Shown here piece after piece: positions 13,086 to 27,899 of a stretch of DNA of 64,000 nt. This DNA comes from the human T2T-CHM13v2.0 reference genome, Homo sapiens: NCBI RefSeq assembly GCF_009914755.1, contig NC_060934.1. One strand, written 5' to 3'. The translations under genes were made by a program, and so were the position numbers. Numbering within the stretch: position 1 is the stretch's first letter; the number at the start of each line of letters is the position of its first letter. The notes under the pieces were generated by a model. It was not told where the DNA came from and ran no database searches. It saw nothing but the letters and a program-made list of their open reading frames with translations.

Positions 13086-15989
13086 CTCAATATGATTAAT
13101 TAAGGAGTGCAATTTATTATAGAGCTTACCTGAAAAACAGAGATCAGCAGGCAAGCAACAAAAACCTTTTGGAGGCGTAAGAACACACAGCCATTTCTTT
13201 TGAAAGGCTTGGTCCCTTGAAGAATGTTAAGGATTCTTCAATTGTTAAAGCTGTGGGTTGTGCTTGCTGGGGGCAAAGTTGGCTTATAATGGAAACGTGG
13301 AAGCTTCAGCATGTTAAGAGTAAAAAGAAATAAGGAAGTGTTTACCTTTGCTTTGTCTAAATATACTTACAGTAATAAAAATTCATTTTATTGTTGCATT
13401 TCTTTAGGAAAAAAATAATGTTGTTACTGTGAGCCCAAATCTAGCCCATAACTTCCTATCCCTAAATATTTATTATGGTAATGTGTATATTTACAAAAAT
13501 CTAGCTTTTTAGGAGAGTGAAATTATATCTTAGCAGAGGATTAAAATCAAGCAAAACAGACTACAAACTATGCAATAGAGAGAGTAAACCAGTTTCCTGA
13601 GTGATATCGGCAAGTCTTAGGATTCACTGGAAGAAAATTAAAACCGGCAATACTGTTGACTATTTAGTAGCTGGAACCAAAGTGTCTATAACCAGAGCAG
13701 AAGCATGTTGATTCATTTTCTTCATGGTGTGTAGACGCCGGGATGTTTCTGAGCTGCCTGCCCACCAGTGCTCACCACAAAACAGAAGTTTTCCCAGACC
13801 CTTGCAGGGAAGCGTGAGTGTAGAATCAAGTGCAACTCAGGCAGGCTGGCCTTGTCTGGTCTTCCCCAAAAGTCAGCAGAAAGAAGATAGAAGCCAGAGT
13901 CTGCCTGGGAAAGAGGCCTGTGGGACTCAGAAAGCATTGGGTTGCCCTTCCTGATGGACAGTAACTGGATTAGATGCTCTCCAATTAAACAAGTTGAGCA
14001 CCAACCCTCAGGCTTTGAGACAGGCAAGACTTGTCTAGAAATTCACTTTTCCAATCTAGCTTTAACAAGAAAAGAAATTTCTAAATGGAGATGTCAAAAC
14101 AATTGTAAAGGGAAATGTCAAATGGAAATTTAGATAATTCTGCTCTTTTAGTGGGAGTTCTAAAGCTACAGATAACATGGACCAAAGCAAAGAGGACTGG
14201 AGCCAAAACGGACTTAACCAAGATGAGTCATTACTGCAATTTCCAGATCCACCACTCATCTGTGAAAGCTCATCATGGAGAAGATAGCTGCACACGCAGC
14301 TGAGCCCTTGGGGTCTGCATGGCCCTTGCCCAGCCACACACGCTGTGGTCTGAACTATCAGAATGTCTGTACCTCCCAGGACAGATGGCACGTGCCATGA
14401 TCAAAGACACCAGGAGAAAGAAAAGAGCAGAGCAGACACGGAAATGAGTCCTCTGAGAAGGGCTGATGGCAATCATTTACTAATGAGAAAATCCATGTGA
14501 CTAGAGTGACAGTCCAAAAATCACCTTTCAGAGAAGCAGCCCGAAATGATGAAATCCCAGCCTCAGTGGTTGAAGGGAGTACAAATTGGGAGCTTCTTAT
14601 TTTTCAAGTGTGTCAAACATCAGTTAATAATCACCAAGGCTCAGGTACCTACAGCTACAACTGGTGAGTCTGTTCCTGAGGAGCTGTCATTTGCATTGGG
14701 TCCATGAGTGATTGTGTCATTGTGTCTTAGTGAATTATTGTGGATGAGAAGTTCAACACCAGGACACATCACACTCTTTTACCAGGTACACAAGCAGTAG
14801 GTCTGTATGGCAGCAACCAGGATATCTGGAGGTCAAAAAGTCTTGATATTGGAAAATTATCCTAAGATGTACAAGTAGAAGGTAAATGATAAACCTTTAA
14901 TTCCCTGCTACTTGTGAACTCTGCAAGGTGCAGGTCAGTTGACTTCTGAGTGGCTCAGGTGGCCTATCAATGAAGCTCCACTGACACCTGAAGGGAGGGG
15001 CTGGGCTCTTCAACTTTTCCTTCACTGAGCAGGCATGGTGCCAGGTGCTGGGGTGACAAGGTGGGGACCCAACAGAACAAGGAGACATTGTTCCCACCTC
15101 CAAGAATCTTACCACCCAACTTGGGGGAACAGATGGCAATAACTACAACAAAGCAGAAGAAGAAACCTAATATAATAGGCACACAAAGTATCAAATTCAA
15201 AGCCCAGAGAGATTAATTCCATCTGGACCACAGGGGACAGAGTCATGAAAGAGGGGGCATGTGAGCTGACAACTATTAGGAAGGAATTAATGAGGACCCT
15301 AAGGAGGATGGAAGCAGTAACATGGAACAGGAGGAAAGGACCCATGACACTAGCAAGACAGGACCGGAGAGAGATGTGTCTATCTACTTCTTCATCAAGA
15401 AGCTCATGACAGACAAGCTGAACTATACCTTAACGTAAATAATGTAATTTGTACTTTATTTCAGTAATCAGTTATAAGTATGTAATTATTTTATATGTGA
15501 ACATACATGGTAATTATATACTTATATAAATGAGATATAATTATATATACATATGTACATAAAATAATTATAAATATATATGTGTGTAACTATTAAAGAA
15601 GTTAAGAATGATAAACTTAAGCAATTTAAACTATTTTTAATAATACTTTGGATTTTTTTATCAGTATGTAATATTTGAGATTGGAATAGAGGACAAAGGG
15701 AAAATCTGATGATGACTCTCAGGATTTAAGTGATAAGTCATCTCACAAGTGTTAGGTGTGAGAAAAAATCTTGAATTATTTGATGGTAAAATATTTGCCT
15801 TGTCCCAATTGCTCACAGGCCTTTTAAATCTAAAGAAAGAGAGCACCCAATGAGACAGATGATAAAATTAAATGTAAATCCCACTGAAGTGCAAAAACAA
15901 AAACAAAAACTATATATTGCTGCAAAGTCCTGTAAGGATCCATTAAGGAATTCCAAAGGGTGGGATGTGGGAGGCTGCACTTGGCTCTG

Positions 15990-16310
15990 CTCCTATAAAC
16001 GAGGATGCCATCCAGGCACTGCACTTTGAGACAGACAAGAACTGAAGGAATTTCAGAAGGTGACCCAGACAGTTCCAAGAGAAGTAACTAGCTTCATATT
16101 CATTTCATCTTTATACAAATGAAGGGTTGGCATAGGGAAGACCAACTACATTTGATCTGTGGCCTCTTAGGATAGAGCCAGGGCCAATGGGAAGAAATAA
16201 AAGGAAAGACCATTCTGTTGAGTAGCAAAGAGAAATTTCTGGCCTGAAAGATGTCCTCTTTCAAGAAAGCAGGGGTTTGCCCATGGGGGTGTTCATGTGA
16301 AAGTTGGGCT
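15990..16310 (+). mobile_element. L3/CR1 LINE 3' fragment
   Basis: GCACTGCACTTTGAGACAGACA...GAAGGTGACC and GATAGAGCCAGGGCCAATGGGAAGAAAT resemble the L3 consensus. Confidence 0.55.
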
Positions 16311-16339
16311 TGCGTTGTATTTCTCGAACACTATCTTTA

Positions 16340-16510
16340 GCTTCCTTATAAATATTAATGATTTCATTTCCATAAAGCCTATGAGACAGAGACTCTTATT
16401 GTCCCCATTTTACAGATGAGACAAATGGAGCACATAGAAGCCACACAACCTTCCTAAAGTCACGCAGCTGGAGGCCGCACAGCCAGATGGCTCCAGAGGA
16501 CATGTCCTTA
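16340..16510 (-). mobile_element. MIR SINE
   Basis: TTATTGTCCCCATTTTACAGATGAGACAAATGGAG is the reverse-complemented MIR core. Confidence 0.85.
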
Positions 16511-16849
16511 ATCATGATGTTGCTATTTAGCAGAAACATCGCTGCAGAAAGTCAGACCACAGATGGGGACTGGTGGAAACCAAACATATGACTACATCAG
16601 TCTACAAAAGCATCATGGTATTCCCACATAATTCAGAAGCATGCCAGGCCATTCAGAATCTACAGACCAGAGCAATCATGCAAGATAATGGAAGATAATG
16701 ACAAAACAATATAATGACAAGATAATGGAAGATAGTGACAAAAATATTCTGAGCATCATTGATTTAGTCACCCTTTATTTCATAAACATCTTAGAATTTT
16801 CTTCCCACCTTTGTTTATTATTTGGTGTGATTTTGTGTTTTTTCTTCCT

Positions 16850-17415
16850 AATCTTTTATTAATTTATTTTAAGTGACAAGTAAATATTGTATATATTTAT
16901 GGTATACAAAATGTATTTGTATTTTGATATATGCATACATTGTGGAATGGCTAAATTAAGCTATTTAACATATGCATTATCTCACATACTTATATTTTTG
17001 TGATTAGAACACATAAAACCTACTCTCAGTAATTTTTAAATAAACAATAGATTATTAAATGTAGTCATAATGATGTACAATAGATCTCTTAAATTTATTC
17101 CTCCTGTCTAATTGATTTTGTGGTCTTTGACCAACAGTTTCCCAACACCCCCAGCCCCCGCCCCCAGGTAATCACCATTCTACTGTCTGCTTCTAAGAGT
17201 TCAACTTTTTTATGCTCTGCATATAAGTAAAATCATGCAGTATTTGTCCTTCTGTGACTGGCTTATTTCACCTAACATAATGTCCTCCAGGTTTATCCAT
17301 GTTGTCCCAAATGACAGGATTTCATTCTCTTTTAAGGCTGAATAGCATTCTATTGTGCAGATATACCACATTTTCTTTAGCCACTTATTCGTGGTATTGA
17401 TGAACATTTAGGTTT
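16850..17415 (-). mobile_element. L1MA-type 3' end fragment
   Basis: GGAATGGCTAAATTAAGCTATTTAACATATGCATTATCTCACATAC. Minus-strand ORF 17210-17407 reads KWLKKMWYICTIECYSALKENEILSFGTTWINLEDIMLGEISQSQKDKY, the L1 ORF2 C-terminus. Confidence 0.92.
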
Positions 17416-17417
17416 GC

Positions 17418-17628
17418 TTTTTATTCTTTCCTTTTCAACTTTTATTTTAGAATCAGGGGTGCATGTGCAGGTTCGTTACATAGGTATATTGCATGATGCT
17501 GAAGTTTAGAGTATGAATTTATCTGTCATGGGAACAGTAGATACTGGGAAATACAAGAAGGGGAAGGAAGGAAGGGGGGTAAGGGCTGAAACCATCCTTC
17601 TGTTGGGTATTATGCTCACTATCTGGTG
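17418..17628 (-). mobile_element. Short L1PB/L1PA16-type 3' end with 5' inversion
   Basis: 17432-17528 is the reverse complement of the L1PB terminus (...AACCTGCACATGCACCCCTGATTCTAAAATAAAAGTTGAA). 17529-17628 is the adjacent upstream 3' UTR segment in the opposite orientation. Confidence 0.8.
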
Positions 17629-17848
17629 TGAGCTTGAAGACCGATCATAGAGGAGTCCATCTCAGATTCCACTCAACAAGAAAGCATTAGTAATAAGCAC
17701 TGAGAAAAGCAAGGGCATGATCAGAAGGCAGAGGAGCCTTGAACATAGTAATGCCAGGTAAGAACTTGCCCTCCACTGTCCCAAAATGGCGCCCATCACA
17801 TGGGTTTCAGTGTTTCCTTTATCTCATACCAAATTAAGAAAGTATCAG

Positions 17849-18714
17849 AGATATTGTCTCTCACCTGTTAAAATGACTATTCTCAAAGAGCTGAAACATA
17901 ACAAGTGTTGGCAAGGATATAGAGTGAAGGCTGCCTTTGCACACCATTGGTGGGGATGTAGACTAGTACAGCCGTAAGAGAAAACAGTGCAGAGTTTCCT
18001 CAAAAAACCATATGACCCGGCAATCCCTCTTCTGGGCATATACCCAAAGGAAGTGAAATCAGCACCCCGTTGGCATATCCACACTCCCATGTTCATTGCA
18101 GCGTCATTCACAATAGCCAAGATACAGAAACAACCTAAATGTCAGTTGAGAGATGAATAGATAAGGAAAATGTGATGTGTATACACACAATGGGATATTG
18201 CTAAGCCTTGAAAAGTGGGAAATCCTGCCTTTTGCAACAACACGGATGAGCCTAGAGGACATTAGATTAAGTGAAATAAACCAGACACAGAAAGACAAAT
18301 GCCATATGATCTCACCTATTTGTGGAACCTAAAAAACCGAACTCATAGAAATAGAGAGTAGAAGGGTGGTTGGTTACAAGACAGGTCGGGGGTGGGGGAA
18401 ATGCAGAGATGTTGGTCAAGAGCACAAACTTTCATTTATAGGATGAATAAGTTATGGAGATTTAATGGACTCATGAGAACTATAGTCAGCAATACTGTGT
18501 TATATACTTGACATTTGCTGAGACGGTAGATCTTAAATGTTCTCATCATTGAAAAATATTGTAACTATGTGAGGTGATGGATATGTTAATTAGCTTGATG
18601 GTCGTGATTATTTCACAATGTGTACATATTAAATATATCAAAACATCTGCTTGTACACCTTAAATGTACACAATTGTTATTTATCAATTATTCTTCAATG
18701 AAGCTGAAAGAAAA
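17849..18714 (+). mobile_element. 5'-truncated L1MA-type element
   Basis: ORF2 end (ATAACAAGTGTTGGCAAGGAT...) and 3' UTR ending TCAATTATTCTTCAATGAAGCTGAAAG. Perfect 13-bp TSD AAGAAAGTATCAG at 17836-17848 and 18715-18727, preceded by TT. Confidence 0.93.
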
Positions 18715-19034
18715 AAGAAAGTATCAGTGTTCTAGATAGACCAACTTCTCAATACCTTAGAAATCCCTACAGTGGCCACAGCCAAATACTAAGTTCAATT
18801 ATATTTCTCATCTCAAAGTGGGGTCTGGGTAACTCCCTGCCAACAGCTTAGGAAAAGCCTAGTGCATCAGAGCTTCTTAACATGTTTCTGAACAAGATTT
18901 CAGTAGTACTGGACATAGAGGACTTGATTCTTCCAATTCAGAACCCCTGATACAGGTCAACTACTGACAGTTCTGTTTTGCGGTGGTTCCTAGTATGGTA
19001 CCTGGCCAAGGGCACACTAGATCTTTGTCAAGGT

Positions 19035-19160
19035 AATGACTACTTTTTATTAAATGCTTTCCATGTATCAAGTTCTGTGCCAAGCACTTGACATATATCA
19101 TTTTATTTTATCCCGTGAAGTAGTTATTGGTATCTTCATTTACAAATAAAAAAACAAGCT
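19035..19160 (-). mobile_element. MIR fragment
   Basis: TTTATTAAATGCTTTCCATGTATCAAGTTCTGTGCCAAGCACTT...ATCTTCATTTACAAAT. Confidence 0.65.
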
Positions 19161-19328
19161 TAGTACTTAACTCACTGCCTTGAACATAATTATTGCTTTA
19201 AAGGTAGCTAGGATTCTTAATAGCTATTATTACCAAAGCATGAACAATCAGTAAAAAGCAAACCTGAGCATTAGCCCCAGGACCAATCTGGTCACAAACA
19301 TATTAATGAATTGAACAAATGAGTGAGT

Positions 19329-19388
19329 GGAAGGAAGGAAGGAAGGAAGGAAGGAAGGAAGGAAGGAAGGAAGGAAGGAAGGAAGGAA
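19329..19388 (+). repeat. (GGAA)15 tetranucleotide STR, forensic locus D10S1248
   Basis: 15 perfect GGAA units counted. Flanks TTAATGAATTGAACAAATGAGTGAG (19303-19327) and ATGAAGACAATACAACCAGAGTTG (19389-19412) match the D10S1248 miniSTR primer sites as I recall them. Confidence 0.93.
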
Positions 19389-20803
19389 ATGAAGACAATA
19401 CAACCAGAGTTGTTCCTTTAATAACAAGACAAGGGAAAAAGAGAACTGTCAGAATAAGTGTTAATTATAATATCCAGGGGTGGGATACAGAGGTTTTAGC
19501 ATCTGCTCTTTGCCAAGCACTGCACTTATTCCTGAGGAATACCTGAGGGAAAAAGTATGGTTTCTCACAGGATCTAGTTGGACTGGAAATATGACATTCA
19601 TATTGGAATCCAGTGTCTTTTTCTGAAAAAGAGAGTTCGTTCCAAGCTTAGCTCACATGCAAGCTAAGACAACCACTAGAAATTACTCTCCCCAGGGCAA
19701 CTAGCATTGCAGCAGCTCAGGGGCCCAGACTCTTGGGCACCAGAATAAGGACCTGGACCACTGATAAGATAACTATATCCATATTTCATGCAAGAAAGTA
19801 CTTAGCTCAGGCTTTTTTTTTTTAAGGGATGTTTCTGAGTGAACTAAACATCTTTCTGTTTGAAATTGAATAATGAACCCCAAATGTCTACTTTACCCAC
19901 CTGAGATTCCAGCATTAGATAGTCACTCCTTTGACTCCCAAAAAATGTGAAGTCTTTTACTCTATCTTCCACTACAATAAATCACATTGGAAAGATGTTA
20001 TATTTTAAAGCTTTTCAGTATTTTAAGACAATGAATTGAGCAAAATCTTCATTTGAACAACTGATTGAGAGAAAGGTACCAGAGAGAAAGAGTTAAAATA
20101 GGCAACTAGGGAATGGGCCAGAGAAACCTAAGGGCTCCCATCTTAACCAGGGTTAGCCTCAGGGCATCTCAGTCCATTCATTCTGGGAGGTGTCACATCA
20201 TCACATCTCAACTTTCCCTCTGTATATGCAACAATCACTGGTCACTGGCCAAGCAATAAAGCTTCACATTCAGCACTCAGCTATGACTTTAGATGGATGG
20301 CTGGGAATCCCACGATGTCACTCCCTCATCAGAAGCCTCTGTCCTCACGAGGAGCCCTTCCGCTGGAATTTGTCCAGTGCCATGGCTGCTGATTTAACTG
20401 CACATATTGGGAAGCAAAAAGTTTAGGTCCTTCTTTACCTAACTCTTCTCACCAATTCCTGAACTCAAAAATGTGTTAGAACCCTGTGCTAAAACATTCA
20501 GTGAAGTACCAAGCTAAACCTAGGTATTTCATTCTGAGAATAAAGAACGTTTGCCTCCATGACAGTTCTTGTTTAAGCGAATAACACAAGTTCGCCATAC
20601 TGCATGTGGTTCCTTTCAGTAGTTCCTACTTCTAGGAAGCCTAGAGAATGAATTCAGGGACAATAGCAGTGCCGGTGCTAGTGCTAATTTTTATCAACCT
20701 GCCCAGCCACAGAAGCAGCTGAACATATTTACTGGGAAGCCACCATGAGCAGGCTAGAATTTGATGCTGGGAACACAGACACAGGTAAGAAATGGTAGAG
20801 CTC

Positions 20804-21211
<408 letters not shown>

Positions 21212-21989
21212 TTAACATAATTTCACTGAAGTAAAACTAATTGAGAAAATATAAAACACAGACTTAAAAAGAGAATTTTTGATAATATATGGAAAAAGGC
21301 AGAAAGACAATTGCGCACGGTATGATTAGGGCTCTTAGTTACTTATTTGCAACCTAATTTTGTTTGTAACATAATAATTGACATGATATTTTAAAAGAAA
21401 AAAATGAGAAAATTTGAGGGGAAAGCAGAAAGGAGAGTTTTCTATAATACAGTATACTGAAATAAGAGGAAGGCAATTCAATGTTTGAAATGCTCTCAGT
21501 GGAAAAGGTTCTCCTGACATATCTACCAGGGTTCAAATGTTGAGCCCCCAAATCCCACTGATTCCTGCTCAGCGTCCTTGCAGTCACCATCCCCTGGGGG
21601 AAGGTGGTGGCTGGTGGTAGCACAGCCCACATTCCTTTCTTCTCCACCTCCACTCTTACCTGCAAGGCACTGCAGAGTGATGGTTGAGAGCACAGACTCC
21701 GCAGTGCCCTAGCCTGAGGCTGGCTGGGCTCTGCCCCTCAGGAGCTACAACAGAGGGTGTACAGGGCAAGCTCTGGAGGAACACCTCGGGCACCCAGGGC
21801 AGAACCCTCCCCATCACCTGGAGCACAATGTACCTGATGCATGCATTTTCAAGAAGGTAGATTTTGGCTAAAGATGAGAGCTTCGACTTTTCATTAGATG
21901 ACACGATGAGGTAGACCATGTCCTGCTGATTACCCGGACAAGGAAGTGTCCCAGCCAGTCATAGAAAGCAGGAGCTTACTGCCATTAGT

Positions 21990-22363
21990 GTAGTGCCCTA
22001 ATGAACACAGCTGTCAAGCCAACAACTGACTTCCCCCTTGCAACCAGGTGTGTCTGTGTGGCCCAGCTGGCCGGGAGATGTAGGAGGAAGTTTCCTGCAG
22101 GGATGGGGAGGAGGCTCTGAGAAAGATTTTGTTTTCCAATAAGAGCACCAGGTACATTGCTGGGACGGCTCCCTCCCTGTGCAGCAGCCACCCAATAACC
22201 ACAACATCATTAAGTAATGTCAAGAAGGCAATGCGCTGAGACTGGAGAGCAGAAGAAAGCATCACTGGGCTAACACAGCAAATGTGGAACCCCCTCCTTC
22301 AGCACCCCCTGGTTGTGAGATCGTCTTTCTTGCTGAAATCACTGTTAGGCATGCCTAACTGAC
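21990..22363 (+). mobile_element. Old ERVL-class LTR, LTR33-like
   Basis: GAGATGTAGGAGGAAGT...CTCTGAGAAAGATTTTGTTTTCC and the terminus GCATGCCTAACTGACA resemble the LTR33/LTR16 group. 5' boundary uncertain. Confidence 0.6.
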
Positions 22364-22928
22364 ATGAATGCTACTTTTGGAGCATGAGTGAGCATCTACT
22401 GTTCAGAAACAATGACATCTTAGTGGCTACAGCCTATAACTGGCCATCCATTCATTAGCTATGTAATTGTCAGTCATTTCTCCATGAAAGTACAATAACA
22501 AAGAGGAAAAGCCTGGCTTCCTTCAGAAGAAACATAGACCTACGCTTCGCTCCAGGAGTGAGCTAGCACTACTTGCTGAGATCCAACAAGCAGGACCTAT
22601 ATTTTTAAGCCTGAAGTTCCCAAGTCCTCCCTGTTTCTCTGTTTAAATTCCAAATATGTATAAAAATATGAACTATTATAAGACACACTTGTGCCTCTGA
22701 GAAAATCTTGGGCAATCTATCACTGTAGCTTTCGTGTCTTTGCTAGTTTCCCATGATTCTGCAGGTTTTCAAGAGAAGTATTTGTGGCAGAGCACCATTA
22801 TTACTAATAACAGTATCTGAAAATTACATAGTGCTTTCCTATCTGTAGCACTTTCATATATATTCTGTATTTGCAGATAGTTCTAAATGACCAAGAGGTT
22901 GCTGTTTCTTTGAATGCAGGATAGAGTA

Positions 22929-23446
22929 CAGTTGACACTTGAACGATGCGGAGGCTCGAGGCGCCGACACCCACACAGTCAAAATCCCCTGTAGCTTTCG
23001 ACTTTCCAAAAACCTGTCCACTATTGACCAGAAGCCCTGCCAATAACATAAACAGTTGATTTTATCCTGTATTGTATACTGTAGTCTTACAATAAAGTAA
23101 GCTATAGAAAAGAAAATGTTATTAAGAAAAGCATAAGGAAGGGAAAATATATTTACTATTCTTTAAGTGGCTTACTTATACTGGCCGGGAGATGTAGGAG
23201 GAAGTTTCCTGCAGGGATGGGGAGGAGGCTCTGAGAAAGATTTTGTTTTCCAATAAGAGCACCAGGTACATTGGTACAAGGATTACTATAAAGGCCTTCA
23301 TCATCATTGTCTTCACATTGAATAGGCTGAGGAGGGGGAGGAGGAGGAGGGATAGGTCTTGTGTCTCAGGGACAGCAGAGATAGAAAAAAATCCACATAT
23401 AATAGGACCCACACAGTTCAAATCCATGTTGTTTACGGGTAAACTG
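22929..23446 (+). mobile_element. Tigger2a/MER28-type TcMar DNA transposon carrying a 107-bp foreign insert
   Basis: TA|CAGTTGACACTTGAAC ... GTTTACGGGTAAACTG|TA: terminal inverted repeats with TA target duplication. Colinear with the second copy at 37765-38596. Strand label arbitrary. Confidence 0.88.
23181..23273 (+). repeat. Exact 93-bp direct duplicate of 22067-22159
   Basis: Base-by-base identity from CTGGCCGGGAGATG to CACCAGGTACATTG. ORFs 22014-22265 and 23176-23763 share MYLVLLLENKIFLRASSPSLQETSSYISRP. Confidence 0.97.
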
Positions 23447-23809
23447 TATATGAAAAGTGAGTATGGTAAAACCATCCATGTTTTTAATATGCAAATATAA
23501 ATAAGATGAGACAACAGGCTAAGAATGAAAGGAGCATAGAGAAATGGAAAAGGAGCTAGATAGGGTAATAAAGTAATATTAATTAATAATTCAGTAGCCC
23601 AATTTCTATGTACTTTAAAAGCTGTAAAAAATGCATAATATTCAATCAATATCATGGAGGATAAATTAGAGAAACTATATAAGAAACAGAGGAAAAGGAT
23701 GAAGATTGCCAAAAGAATTAGAGAGAAAACTATAGGTTTAAGCAAAAGAGAATAAAGATCCAATATTCAATAACTAATGTTCCAAGAGAGGAGATAAATA
23801 TAAGAGGGT

Positions 23810-24930
23810 AAGTGATTGGCCATATCCTGGAACATAAAGGAAGTCTCAACAACGTTCACAATGTTACAGAGACTGAATTAATTAGCATATATTCTCTGAC
23901 TGTGAAAGAAACAACCTAGAAATAAATAACAAAATAATCTAACTAGAAAATCCTCAAAACATTTGGAATTTCATCAATACACTTCTAAATAAGTCATGGG
24001 GCAAAGAACAAATTATAATGGATATTAGAAAATATTTTATATTGACCGATAGCAAAAATGCAACAGAACATAATTTATGGGATGCAACTAAAGCATTGTA
24101 TAGAGGGAAATTAATACCCTTAAATGCTTACATTAGGAGATAAAGAGGTTTAAAATAAATGATTGAAATATCCAAATTACAAAGTTAGAAAAAAACATAA
24201 ATTAAACTCAAGCAAAAGAAAAGGAATTAAGAAAAACTTTTCAAAATGTAAAACAAATGAGCAAAAGAAAAAAATTTAAAACCAAAAGTAGTTCTTTTTA
24301 AAAAAATTACATAAATTGACAGCACATTAAAAGGAATATTTCAGAAAAGAGAGGAAAGAGGAAAGCAGAGATTTTCAATATGGAGACTTCAAAATGGAAT
24401 ATCACCACAAAACCTACAGATATTAAAAAATTAGAGGATATTATAATTTTATGCATATTAACTTGGAAATTATGAAATAGAAAAACCCCTACAAAAGCAC
24501 AACTTAGAAAACTGATAAAAGAAGAAATAAAAATGTAAACAATCCCATAATTATTAAAGGAATTTCATTTGTAATTTAAATTCTCCACAACTCACCCATC
24601 AAAAACTCTCTACACACAGATGGTTTCATTCATGAATTATTTTAAATATTGTTTGGTAAAATGATACCAATCTTACAGAAACTTTTCGAGAGGCTAAAAG
24701 AGATAAAATACTTCACCACTCATCTTATGAGATCATTTTAACCATGATGCCAAAATCTAACAAGGAAATAAATTATAACAGGAAAATTACCGGCCTATGA
24801 GCACAGACATGAAAATGCCAAACAAAACCCCAGCACAAATAATCCAGCAAAATGTCAAAAGGAAAAGGCATGAAGCCCAAGCAGAGTTTATGACAAGAAT
24901 GCATGGGTTTTTAACATTCAAAAATCAAAG
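23810..24930 (+). mobile_element. L1M ORF2 fragment (end of EN to start of RT)
   Basis: CATATCCTGGAACATAAAGGAAGTCTCAAC, TTTATGGGATGCAACTAAAGC, CAGATGGTTTCA (PDGF-like), GAATGCATGGGTTTTTAACATT. Confidence 0.82.
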
Positions 24931-25339
24931 CATGTGCTTCAGCCTCTGCTCCCCCCACCTCCCTGAACAATTTACTCCTGCACTGGCAGGTAGAGAAAGG
25001 AAGGCCCCTATAGCAGGGAGCAGCGGGTCCTGCAGGGAATGTCTGAAAATTAGAGGAGCGCAGGCAGGCTAAAGAGGGGACCCATGCAGGGGAGGCCATA
25101 GTGGCAGGGATGAGAGGCCTGCTGGGTCATAGGGCTTGAGCAAATGAAGAAACATGTTAAGGGTAACAAAAGCCAGAGCTCTCCCAGGGCTGGAGAAGAA
25201 AGTTACAAATGTGGAAATGGAAAAAACGAAGAACTCTGTGATGTTGAATTAAATGGGATGTAATGGTGTAAATGTGTAGTTTTTGACAAGGATTAGATGG
25301 GTATATTATAGGATAGACAATAGGTAGATTGTACATAAA

Positions 25340-27875
<2,536 letters not shown>

Positions 27876-27899
27876 AATTTTTTCCAATTGTGATCATCA

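Noticed and set aside
15480-15595. AT-rich quasi-palindromic stretch
   Set aside because: Low-complexity (TA)n-derived sequence, so self-complementarity is trivial.
22300-22317. Weaker CTCF-like motif (reverse complement CACAACCAGGGGGTGCTG) in the LTR33-like element
   Set aside because: It mismatches at two key core positions (second C and the GGC C).
23176-23763. Longest ORF (195 aa, minus strand, hydrophobic)
   Set aside because: It is a chimera of antisense A-rich L1-like DNA, Tigger2a and the 93-bp insert. The Leu/Phe/Ile richness reflects T-rich composition, and the start codon is not ATG.
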